Shown here one piece after another: positions 6,256 to 14,000 of a stretch of DNA of 19,596 nucleotides. The position numbers and the translations under genes were made by a program. Origin of the DNA: a virus. The stretch is taken from IMG/VR virus record IMGVR_UViG_3300045988_063098; one strand, given 5' to 3'. The notes under the pieces are model-generated. The model searched no databases and was not told the DNA's origin. It worked only from the letters and a program-made list of their open reading frames with translations. The first letter of the stretch is position 1. Each line of letters starts with the position of its first letter.

Positions 6256-7746
6256 TTACCCTTTCTGTAACTCGTCTTGAATGGTTGAAAGCCAAGCGTT
6301 AGCCTGCTCTATGCGTTCCGCTTCTTTGTAGGCTACACCCTCCCAGTTGTTCATAAAGTCGCTTGCATTGGTGCTGGCGCTGGCTGATGAACTGGCTACC
6401 CGTCTAAACGTGTCCGCCCTGCTCTCTTGGTTCATGAATTGAAATTGTAGGTTAAAATCCCAAAGTGATTTCCCTTGACTTCGTGCAAAGTTCAAAAGCT
6501 CTTCCGCCCTTGGTCCAGTCCATTGTCCTATCCCAATACCTATCCAGTGATTACCGTCTGACCCTCTATAGCCTGCTTCGTTTAAGCTGATAGAGTAGAG
6601 ACTAGCAAAAGCGCCCCAGCTTCCCATGAGGTTTTCCGCTGTTGGCTCTGATTCCATTTTCTCGTACTCGTAACCTGTAGCATAGTCTGCTTCGTATTTT
6701 TTGGCTGTAACGTTGCTTTCTGCTGAAAAGTTCCCGATAATTCCAGCTATCCCTTCTGCTGTTGCGTCTGGTACTAGCTTCTTAATAATTCGGGTCACTA
6801 GCCTAACTCGGCTTTCTTCGGTTGATGTGTCGCCCTCTTCGTTGGTGCTTCCGCTTCCTCCACTTGAACCACTTCCAGAACTTCTATAATTCCGTGTATT
6901 CTTTCGCCCAATCTCTGCAACACTGCCCGTTATATTAGACAAGATTTCTATATAGGTCTTGTCTCCGTCTGCTGTCTCTTTGTATTTTACACCAATATCA
7001 CGACTTAAATACATATTGACAATCTGGTTAACGGTGCTTGACCCGTCCTGATTCAATCCGAAAAGGTGTTTATATAGGTTTTCAAGGTAAAAGCTATCAT
7101 ACTTTTTGCCTTGGAAAATAAAAGGTCTGGACGCTCTACTTTTCAAAATTACAGGGATAAAAAAGTATTTAAAGGTTTTCTGTATACCTGAATAACTCAT
7201 ATTTACGGGGCGGTTTGCCTTGGTGGTCATCTTAATCGTAGGTTTTGCCACGACTACAAGCCACTCTGTATCGATTCCGACTTCTCCAGCGCGTGTAGCG
7301 TACTTAGTCCCAACTGAAAAACCTTGCTGACTGTCTTTCAGCGCCCACAATTCATTAGGCAATGTCCGCTGTTCTACCTGTCCTATCACGTTTAGGCTCT
7401 TCAATTCGTGCTGGTAGGTGTTCCATACATCCACCTCGTAAATAATACGGGTTGCGTCTTCATTGATATAAAGCACGTCAAAGACAAAGGCATAGTAGGT
7501 TCTTCCATTGTTAATAAACCTCATATAAGTTACGTTTTCATATTTCTCCACCCGTCCAGAAATTACTATTGAGCCGTTTCTTTGGGTATATTGAAACTTA
7601 TCATACTCGTAGACAATTTCTATATGTGGATTCGTTTTTGTGAAAAAGTCTTCCATAGCTTCCCTTGTCTCAAAATTGATAACATTGGCATAGTCATTTT
7701 TAAACGGGCTTTTTGCATAAAGCCATATCTTGGTTGATTCTTGCAT
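6256..7746 (-). CDS. Tail protein: N-terminal half of a phi29 gp9-like tail knob fused through a Gly/Ser linker to a C-terminal phage tail lysozyme-like domain (496 aa)
   Basis: Start chosen at ATG 7746 (MQESTKIW) because SD AAAGGAG lies 5 nt upstream and a terminator lies just before it. The longer ORF reaching 7899 would overlap the upstream gene by 115 nt. SPFKNDYANV and YMRFINNGRTYYAFVFDV...YEVDVWNTY match phi29 gp9 (VPFSNDYKNT, YIMFQNADYGNKWFYAFVTEL...FEIDVLQTW). The linker is SSGSGSSGGSGS. The C-terminal GIAGIIGNFSAESN...GIGIGQWTGPRAEELLNFA...FNLQFQFM resembles the phage tail lysozyme family. Confidence 0.8.
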   Translation of the reverse strand: MQESTKIWLYAKSPFKNDYANVINFETREAMEDFFTKTNPHIEIVYEYDKFQYTQRNGSIVISGRVEKYENVTYMRFINNGRTYYAFVFDVLYINEDATRIIYEVDVWNTYQHELKSLNVIGQVEQRTLPNELWALKDSQQGFSVGTKYATRAGEVGIDTEWLVVVAKPTIKMTTKANRPVNMSYSGIQKTFKYFFIPVILKSRASRPFIFQGKKYDSFYLENLYKHLFGLNQDGSSTVNQIVNMYLSRDIGVKYKETADGDKTYIEILSNITGSVAEIGRKNTRNYRSSGSGSSGGSGSTNEEGDTSTEESRVRLVTRIIKKLVPDATAEGIAGIIGNFSAESNVTAKKYEADYATGYEYEKMESEPTAENLMGSWGAFASLYSISLNEAGYRGSDGNHWIGIGIGQWTGPRAEELLNFARSQGKSLWDFNLQFQFMNQESRADTFRRVASSSASASTNASDFMNNWEGVAYKEAERIEQANAWLSTIQDELQKG

Positions 7747-7758
7747 AGATTCTCCTTT

Positions 7759-7784
7759 AAAAATAGGAGGGCTGAAACCCTCCC
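7759..7784 (-). terminator. Intrinsic terminator/attenuator inside the late operon
   Basis: On the minus strand, directly after the TAA (7787-7785): GGGAGGG (7784-7778), loop TTTCAG, CCCTCCT (7771-7765), then ATTTTT (7764-7759). The SD of the next gene follows. Confidence 0.7.
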
Positions 7785-8546
7785 TTATTCTTGTCCTATC
7801 TGTCCTTGTCCCAGCCATTGCCCAGACTGCCTGATTCGGTGCGGTGCTGGTATAGCTTGCCCGACTGCGTTTGCTGGTTGTTCGCTGACGTCTTGCCAAC
7901 CGCCTTTCCTCTGTTGGAAGATACCGCTTGGCCGGTTTAAGGTCTTAAAGATTCCGTCTTTACGGATTGCCCACGGTTTCAACGTTTTAGGCTTTTTCTT
8001 GTTGGTATTATATAGGTACATACCCACATAAAAGGAATTGTCTGAATATTGTCCGTCTGGATAAGATACATTTATATTTAAGGCACTGGCTGATGAACTT
8101 TCTTCGGCTGGTATGGTTACGGTAAAGTCTTGAGAAACTTCATCATTTTTAATCACTTCATCGGTTGTATATCCGCTAAACGTCCAAACGGTGCGCCCGT
8201 TGATTTTAATATCATACTCAACCCGATACCCAGCGTTTGAGCTGACCCGTTTACTCCACCAAAAGAGGGCTTTAACTCTGATTTTAGCCGTGATGGAATT
8301 ATCATCGTTTTTTGTCTCTTCTAGGATTTCAACCGATTCCCCCCAGAACCTCATAGACGCCCATACAGACGGGTCATTTTGCCCGTACTGTATATAGGTT
8401 GTGTTGCCGTTGGTCATATAACCATAATCTGTGTCCCCTGAGAACTGCCACGCATTAGCATAGGCTTCCGTCCAAGGGGCTACACCTGTACCAAAGTTTT
8501 CTACGTTGGCGGTGGTAGAGGTTGAAAATCGTGCTTCTAAAGGCAT
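7785..8546 (-). CDS. Virion structural protein, putative distal/receptor-binding part of the fibre or appendage (253 aa)
   Basis: ORF coupled to the upstream coiled-coil protein by a TAATG overlap. The sequence is aromatic/beta-rich with a basic, Gln-rich C-terminal tail. The function is positional inference only. Confidence 0.45.
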   Translation of the reverse strand: MPLEARFSTSTTANVENFGTGVAPWTEAYANAWQFSGDTDYGYMTNGNTTYIQYGQNDPSVWASMRFWGESVEILEETKNDDNSITAKIRVKALFWWSKRVSSNAGYRVEYDIKINGRTVWTFSGYTTDEVIKNDEVSQDFTVTIPAEESSSASALNINVSYPDGQYSDNSFYVGMYLYNTNKKKPKTLKPWAIRKDGIFKTLNRPSGIFQQRKGGWQDVSEQPANAVGQAIPAPHRIRQSGQWLGQGQIGQE

Positions 8547-9322
8547 TAGATACCTCCTGACAAGTCGTTTTCTGTGCTTCCGTTGTTGGTTCTGATAAAG
8601 CTAGCGCCGTCTGGTGTTCCACCAAATAAGTTAATGTTACCCGTTGCGATGTTGCGCCCTTGGTTAAAGCCACCAGTAAGCCCACCAGTCCAAGCGCCTG
8701 AGCCCTCAAGGTTTTCAATGATTTTGCGTAAGGCATTTTGCAAGCCTGCGTTAGCATTTTCTAGGGCTTCAATCCGTTCCTTGAGTGCGTTGTTTTCTGC
8801 TGTGATACGGTTGTTTAATGTTTCAACTTCTTTTGTGATTCGGTCATCAAGTTTCTTGATTTCCTTTTCTAGCTTATCGTTTAAAGCGTCAATCCGTCCA
8901 TCAAGTCGTTTTACTTCATCATCTACTTTCTTTTCAAGGTCAGCGATTTTCTTATTGACTTTAGCTATTTCAGCGTCAATATAAGGCTTGATAATCTTAT
9001 TATAGTAGATGTCCGCTTTTTTATTAAACCAGTCGTCCGCTTCCTTACTTTCCATGTAACGGCGGATAAGGAGGGGGATAAGTTGCTCCAAGAGTTCTGT
9101 CAAAGCGTTCTTGTAGTCTTCTAGCTCACTTTCCAAAGCTACAAAATCATCTAGTAGTTGCTTAAAGGCACGCTGTAGCCAAGCCAAAAGCTCGTAAACT
9201 GAATTGGCATTATCAAAGCTGGTAGGAATTGAGGGGATAAGCCCCCAACGTTCCACCCAATAGGACGAATAGCGCCCACGGTAAGCCCTGAAAAATTCGT
9301 CTTTAAATTCTTCTGGATTCAT
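8546..9322 (-). CDS. Virion structural protein, putative fibre/appendage shaft with a long coiled coil (258 aa)
   Basis: The N-terminal segment NSVYELLAWLQRAFKQLLDDF is typical of phage fibre N-termini. The central region has periodic charged repeats (KKVDDEVKRLDGRIDALNDKLEKEIKKLDDRITKEVETLNNRI...). The C-terminus is Gly-rich. Confidence 0.5.
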   Translation of the reverse strand: MNPEEFKDEFFRAYRGRYSSYWVERWGLIPSIPTSFDNANSVYELLAWLQRAFKQLLDDFVALESELEDYKNALTELLEQLIPLLIRRYMESKEADDWFNKKADIYYNKIIKPYIDAEIAKVNKKIADLEKKVDDEVKRLDGRIDALNDKLEKEIKKLDDRITKEVETLNNRITAENNALKERIEALENANAGLQNALRKIIENLEGSGAWTGGLTGGFNQGRNIATGNINLFGGTPDGASFIRTNNGSTENDLSGGI

Positions 9323-9337
9323 GCGTTAAAACCTTTC

Positions 9338-10306
9338 TTAGTGTGATTCTTCATCTGCTAATGGTTGTGGAATGTTTCTAGCTGTTTCAGGTTCTGACGC
9401 TGTGTTTGCTCTTGGAAATTCAGCATGAGGAAACTCTGTTGGGTTGCTTGGTGCTGGTGTTGGTGTGTTATCAACGGGCGGTAATGGACTATATTCTAGT
9501 TTAGGTGTAGGGTCTTTATACCCGTCAAAATGCTCTGTAGGAAATTCTATACGTGTTGAAATGCGCTTCTCTTGAAAACGTGGTTCAATAGGCGCTTTTT
9601 TCATACTTGTAAACCATTGATAATATAGTTGGAAATTTTCAATCTGTTCATGCTGGTTAAAGGTCAAAACTAGGTTTTGCTCTGGTGTTAATTCAGCTTT
9701 AACACTTAACAGATAATCATTAAAGATTTTATAAGGTTGGTCGCTGTCTACAAAATCTTCTCTGTTGAAATGGAAGAAAGTAGTTGCACCTTGTTCCCCT
9801 CTAACATGGATAAGCAAGTAACCGTTAAATTCTTCATCATCTTTAAAAGTGATGTTAGTGGTTACTTTTTCAAATTGTCTGAATATTTTACCATAATATC
9901 CTAGTGTTACTGGAATTTTATCAATTTCAGTTTCAATCATTTCTGAAATAGATTCTTTCAAAGCGTCTTCATTTACTGAAATAGCGTCTGATTCTTTTGT
10001 AAATTTAATCAGCTTACCGTCACGCAAAGGGAACTGTGTGAGGTCTTGATTTAGTCCCTCCACTTTCCGTTTATCTGGGTCGCTTCCACTCCATGTAGTA
10101 GAAACTGAAATGTAAGGAATATGAGATTCAACTCCATTGATTTTATCGCCGTCAGCGTTTAAAACTAGGCTTGTGTCCCCGTTCTTGTCCTGTGACAAGT
10201 CAGCAAGCGCCTGCTTACCTTCGATTGATAGGCTTTCTACCCCCTGATGTTTTTGGAACTTAATCCATGAATGAATACCCCGAACCAATTTAGTTGTCTT
10301 TGCCAT
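9338..10306 (-). CDS. Structural-module protein of unknown function (322 aa) with a Pro-rich C-terminal tail
   Basis: ORF with SD AAAGAGGT. It overlaps the upstream gene by 17 nt. The C-terminus PTPKLEYSPLPPVDNTPTPAPSNPTEFP is Pro-rich. I recognise no motif. Confidence 0.6.
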   Translation of the reverse strand: MAKTTKLVRGIHSWIKFQKHQGVESLSIEGKQALADLSQDKNGDTSLVLNADGDKINGVESHIPYISVSTTWSGSDPDKRKVEGLNQDLTQFPLRDGKLIKFTKESDAISVNEDALKESISEMIETEIDKIPVTLGYYGKIFRQFEKVTTNITFKDDEEFNGYLLIHVRGEQGATTFFHFNREDFVDSDQPYKIFNDYLLSVKAELTPEQNLVLTFNQHEQIENFQLYYQWFTSMKKAPIEPRFQEKRISTRIEFPTEHFDGYKDPTPKLEYSPLPPVDNTPTPAPSNPTEFPHAEFPRANTASEPETARNIPQPLADEESH

Positions 10307-10604
10307 CTTCTTTTACCTCTTTCTCTTTATTTATAACCTTAATTGAATTTTTATAAAGCTGTTCAAGTGTTACGATGTAACTCAAGATAGCTTTTAAAGT
10401 CTGTGCCGTAGTACGTTTTTTAAAAATCCGTAGCAATGTATAACCGTCTTTCTTAACATAATCATCTATGTTAGATTTCAAAAACAAGTATATACAATCG
10501 CAAACCGTAGATACACGGGCGCAAGATTGGTCTGTATCGTCTCCGTGTCCCGTGACTTCGATTTGTAGCGTGTCCGTTGTCTCGGACAAGTTGATAATTA
10601 TCAT
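10290..10604 (-). CDS. Prp-like cysteine protease (ribosomal-processing protease / DUF464 family), candidate capsid-maturation protease (104 aa)
   Basis: IEVTGHGDDTDQSCARVSTV matches the Prp signature (..GHA....D.VCAAVS..) with a His20/Cys28 dyad. The later DGY.L.I and L..L..LY motifs and the ~100-aa size also fit. ATGA overlap with the upstream gene. Confidence 0.65.
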   Translation of the reverse strand: MIIINLSETTDTLQIEVTGHGDDTDQSCARVSTVCDCIYLFLKSNIDDYVKKDGYTLLRIFKKRTTAQTLKAILSYIVTLEQLYKNSIKVINKEKEVKEDGKDN

Positions 10605-11185
10605 AATGTTTCATGTCCTCTTTCTGCTGTCATAACGGTGCGAGGGACTCCTTTTCTATCATTGGTTACATTGATTTTAAAGGTTGCCCAATCTTCTAGG
10701 AGTTGCTGACCATCAACCTCTACCCGTCTTTCTTGCAAGCCTGTGACGTTCATCTGGTAGTTAGGTGTTATGATAACCCCGTTATCCCAGTGAACCACCT
10801 CGTTTACAAGGGGTATGCGTGAGAAATAGTTGTTGTCGTCTATCACTCTGCCAAAGCCTTTCAGCTTGCTTTTGCTTGTCAGACGTTCAAAACTATAGTA
10901 AGCGCCCACAATCTTAAAGCGAATGAATAAAAGCGCCTTAATGGATTGTAACGGCTGGTAGCTTTTGCGGATAGTCCAGAAAGTTTGGTCTTCAATGCTT
11001 TCATAATGATAAGAAATAGGCTTTAGTTTTATCCACAACTTAGACAAGTCGCCTAACCGTCTGCTATTTGACTGAATATAATATAAACCATCATCAGAAT
11101 AAGCAAAATCTTGAAAGCTGAAAAGCGTGATTTCTTCTAACATACTATCATATTTTAGTATTTTAGCGCTTGATAAATCTTTCAT
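10601..11185 (-). CDS. Structural-module protein, unknown function (194 aa)
   Basis: ORF with SD GAAAGGGG 6 nt upstream of the ATG, packed in the late operon. Confidence 0.6.
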   Translation of the reverse strand: MKDLSSAKILKYDSMLEEITLFSFQDFAYSDDGLYYIQSNSRRLGDLSKLWIKLKPISYHYESIEDQTFWTIRKSYQPLQSIKALLFIRFKIVGAYYSFERLTSKSKLKGFGRVIDDNNYFSRIPLVNEVVHWDNGVIITPNYQMNVTGLQERRVEVDGQQLLEDWATFKINVTNDRKGVPRTVMTAERGHETL

Positions 11186-11197
11186 CTATACCCCTTT

Positions 11198-11845
11198 CTA
11201 AAATACCTGTAAAAATAGCTTGTCGCAAACGTTGAAAATCTGGAATTGTATATCCTTTAATTCTGCATTAGCTTGTAAGCGCTCAGCAAGGCTTGAACCG
11301 CTCCACCCTGAGACGTTGCTTTTCGTGTCAGCGTTGTTTTTCTGGTGGTTTTCTACAAGGTTATCAGCGTACTCTATAACCCCGTAACGGTCAGTAAAGA
11401 CGATTTCTTTTCTCTCCTGCGGTGTGGTGTTTGCAATTTGTAAGGCTTGCCCGTCCGCTTTCTGGTTGCCCACCGTGTCTATATTCATAGACTGGTTTAA
11501 GTCTTTGATAGCCTTGTTCCTGATTTCAGCAAGATATTTAAAGAGATTGAAACACTCGTTATTTAAAACTTCCTCAAGAGCAATCTGGAAACGTGCGAAA
11601 GTCTCAAGCCCAATCTCCCTGTTGTAGAAATGTTTACAAAACTCTTTCTTGAAATTGTCTGAAACTCCGTTTACTAGCTCCATGTCCTTAAATAACTCGT
11701 TATAGGTCTGGTCTATAATCGTGTTGTAGTGTAGAAAGTCGCCGTTTTCATCTAGCGCCAACCCGTCCAGCCGTCCCGTCACGGGGTTTCTATATCTGGA
11801 TTTTAAAAAGGTTGCAATCGTTGCTGTGGTGTTATTCTGGGTCAA
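11198..11845 (-). CDS. Structural-module protein, possibly lower collar/head-tail adaptor by position (215 aa)
   Basis: TTG start at 11845-11843, preceded by the strong SD AAGGAGGG at 8-nt spacing. It overlaps the connector gene by 14 nt and follows it directly, as gp11 follows gp10 in phi29. I see no sequence similarity by eye. Confidence 0.5.
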   Translation of the reverse strand: MTQNNTTATIATFLKSRYRNPVTGRLDGLALDENGDFLHYNTIIDQTYNELFKDMELVNGVSDNFKKEFCKHFYNREIGLETFARFQIALEEVLNNECFNLFKYLAEIRNKAIKDLNQSMNIDTVGNQKADGQALQIANTTPQERKEIVFTDRYGVIEYADNLVENHQKNNADTKSNVSGWSGSSLAERLQANAELKDIQFQIFNVCDKLFLQVF

Positions 11846-12845
11846 TGATTGTTCCCTCCTTTTCTGCTAGGTCTAGCGCCACTTTGTCAAGGTTAAACTG
11901 CTGAATGGTTTCCGCTGGCTTCACACTGATTTCTAGCCCGTAGCATTTATTGATAAGCTCAACGAATTTTCTTCTGGACTTCCAGCCTACTTCTATGTTT
12001 GCAGATATAACTCCGTTATTAGAAATAGCTTCGGAAACTACCAGACGCTCTTTTTTGTCTGACGGGTTATTGTTAATACCAATAAAAGTCAGCAACTGGT
12101 TCATAACTCGTAACTTCTCATCGTGTAATTTATCCAGCAAAAACGGGGCGTCCGTTCTGAAAACTTGGATATAGTCCGATAGCTGTTTAAAGCTGTCTTG
12201 TCCGTCTTGGTCTTTCTGCTTGTTGAGATATACAACTGGTTCAAAATTGGCAATCTTGTTAAAGATGTTTTTCATTGATAACACATTAGTATTATCCGCA
12301 AAGATAAAATACGGTGTAATTTGTGCGTTTCTATTAAGTTGTATTGTCAGTTCAATATCTGCCAACTTTTCGCAAAATAACTCCAGATAACCTATATACG
12401 GCTCATAAAAGTTATTATTAGGAATCACAATACAAGGTCGTTTTATCTTGTCTGGGTTGTCCTCGTGTAGCTCTGAAATTACCCTAAAATCGTTTTCAGT
12501 ATAAGCGATTTCCATTTGTTTAAAATAGTTCATACTACTAGCGTTAACGGGTTGATAGGTCAAAGGCTGGTCATAATGGTTTAAGCGTTCCCCTCTTGTT
12601 CCACCCTGTGCGATATAGCCAAAAGTGTCATCATGGAAGAAAGCCACATGCCCGTTTTCTATCAGCTTTTTCTCTATAAACAACTCGTCAATATCATTAG
12701 GCAAACCCTCCCATGTGAAATAGTTGACTACGATATTATAGAAATAATTGAAATAAAACTCAAAAAAGGCTAAACGGTTGCGCTCTACGGTTTCTTTGTT
12801 TAGCTCAATCTTGCCAAGATGTCGCTTGTAATTCTTGTAACTCAT
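11832..12845 (-). CDS. Connector / portal (upper collar) protein, phi29 gp10 homolog (337 aa)
   Basis: By-eye alignment to phi29 gp10: [10 protein letters not shown] vs [36 protein letters not shown] vs [43 protein letters not shown]...[18 protein letters not shown] vs VFKTDAPYVVDKLNAQK...MTFLGIKNANLEKKERMV. Confidence 0.92.
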   Translation of the reverse strand: [337 protein letters not shown]

Positions 12846-12862
12846 TTAGTCCCCTTTCACTT

Positions 12863-12890
12863 AATAAAATAGGCGGGCTATTGCCCGCCC
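12863..12890 (-). terminator. Intrinsic terminator/attenuator after the major capsid gene
   Basis: On the minus strand: GGGCGGGC (12890-12883), loop AATA, GCCCGCCT (12878-12871), followed by ATTTTATT. It lies between the capsid stop (12902) and the connector start (12845). Confidence 0.85.
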
Positions 12891-12901
12891 TTGGTCAGCC
12901 T

Positions 12902-13999
12902 TTAGGCTTCCTCCACATACCAGAAATGAATGTTTTCAAAAAGTGAAAGGCTGGTCATGTAGTGATGATGGTAGAAATAGTTGTAGGTCATGTTGCGAGG
13001 GTTGCGGATTGCTTCCATGTGTACCAGCTTATCTTTATTGATGATGGATTTAGCAGAGATAAGGAAAGCAACTGGCTTGCGTCCATTGTTTGCGCCCTCT
13101 CCCGTAAATTTTTCAAAATCATCTACTACGATTGTGCGAGCGAGTACGCTAGCTTTATCCATGTTGAAAGCGTTAGCTAGAAGCATGTCAAGATGTGTAG
13201 AAAATTCTGCTGAAATAACTAGGTACTGGTCTTCAATCGCCGTCATGTTTGGCACGCCTACGGGGTTATTAAATTGGGTACGGCTTGGAATTGTAAAACG
13301 TTTAGATTGGTTGATAAGTGACTGGTTAAAGTCTACAACAAAGTCTTGTTTGCTTTCGTCAATCTTCGTGCCTGCCACCGTGATTTTTTTAGCTTTACCT
13401 TTAAGGTCAGTATAGCTGACTTCTGCAAGTGATTTCTCAAGTACACCCTTAACAGCTTGGTACTCGTCCAGCGTGTCAGATGAAAGGAGTGATGTAAACA
13501 TTTTATCTACAAACTCATCAAACGCCATGTCAGAAACAAAGGCTTTCTGAATCCAAGCACGCTCAAACGTGCGCTCATAGTAGTTTTCATTGTTCAACGT
13601 GTGATAGAATACTTCGATGTCTGTATCAGCGAATTTGAACGGGCTAACGTCTGATTTTGCGTTATAGGTTTTCTTTTCGGCTGGGTGTACGTAGATTTCT
13701 TGCAATGTGTCCCCAAACTCAAAGGTTTCAGACTTGAAAATAGCAAGCGGATTTTCATAAGTAAGCGCCTTGATAACGGTTGACCCGATACGGTTTACCA
13801 AAGCTGTGAAAAACTCATTGGCATGCTTTTGAAAATCTTGGTACGGTACGGTTGCGTGGTTAATGCGTGCGCCCTCAAGTACAGGAATGTCTGCCTGATA
13901 GTCAGCGCTGGCACGGGTGCGGATAGAGTTCAATAGGTCAATGTTTGAGATTTGCTTCCCTGTCTGACCTGATAAAAAAGTGGTAATTTTATTAGCCAT
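12902..13999 (-). CDS. Major capsid (head) protein, phi29 gp8 / Cp-1 gp9 homolog (365 aa)
   Basis: By-eye alignment to phi29 gp8: [25 protein letters not shown] vs [35 protein letters not shown] vs [27 protein letters not shown] vs METVRNPRGLYWNYYYH. The 365-aa length matches the Cp-1 major head protein as I recall it. Confidence 0.93.
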   Translation of the reverse strand: [365 protein letters not shown]

Positions 14000-14000
14000 G

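Noticed and set aside
7747-7899. 51-codon N-terminal extension of the tail-knob ORF (MARRQRTTSKRS...) given by the longest-ORF call 6256-7899
   Set aside because: It would overlap the upstream 253-aa gene by 115 nt and run through an intrinsic terminator. It has no SD. ATG 7746 has AAAGGAG 5 nt upstream, and homology to phi29 gp9 starts right there.
8760-9000. Periodic nucleotide pattern in the fibre shaft gene that might be taken for a DNA tandem repeat or CRISPR-like array
   Set aside because: The periodicity reflects coiled-coil heptad-type coding repeats (K/E/D/L-rich). The units are not identical at the DNA level and there are no spacer-repeat boundaries.
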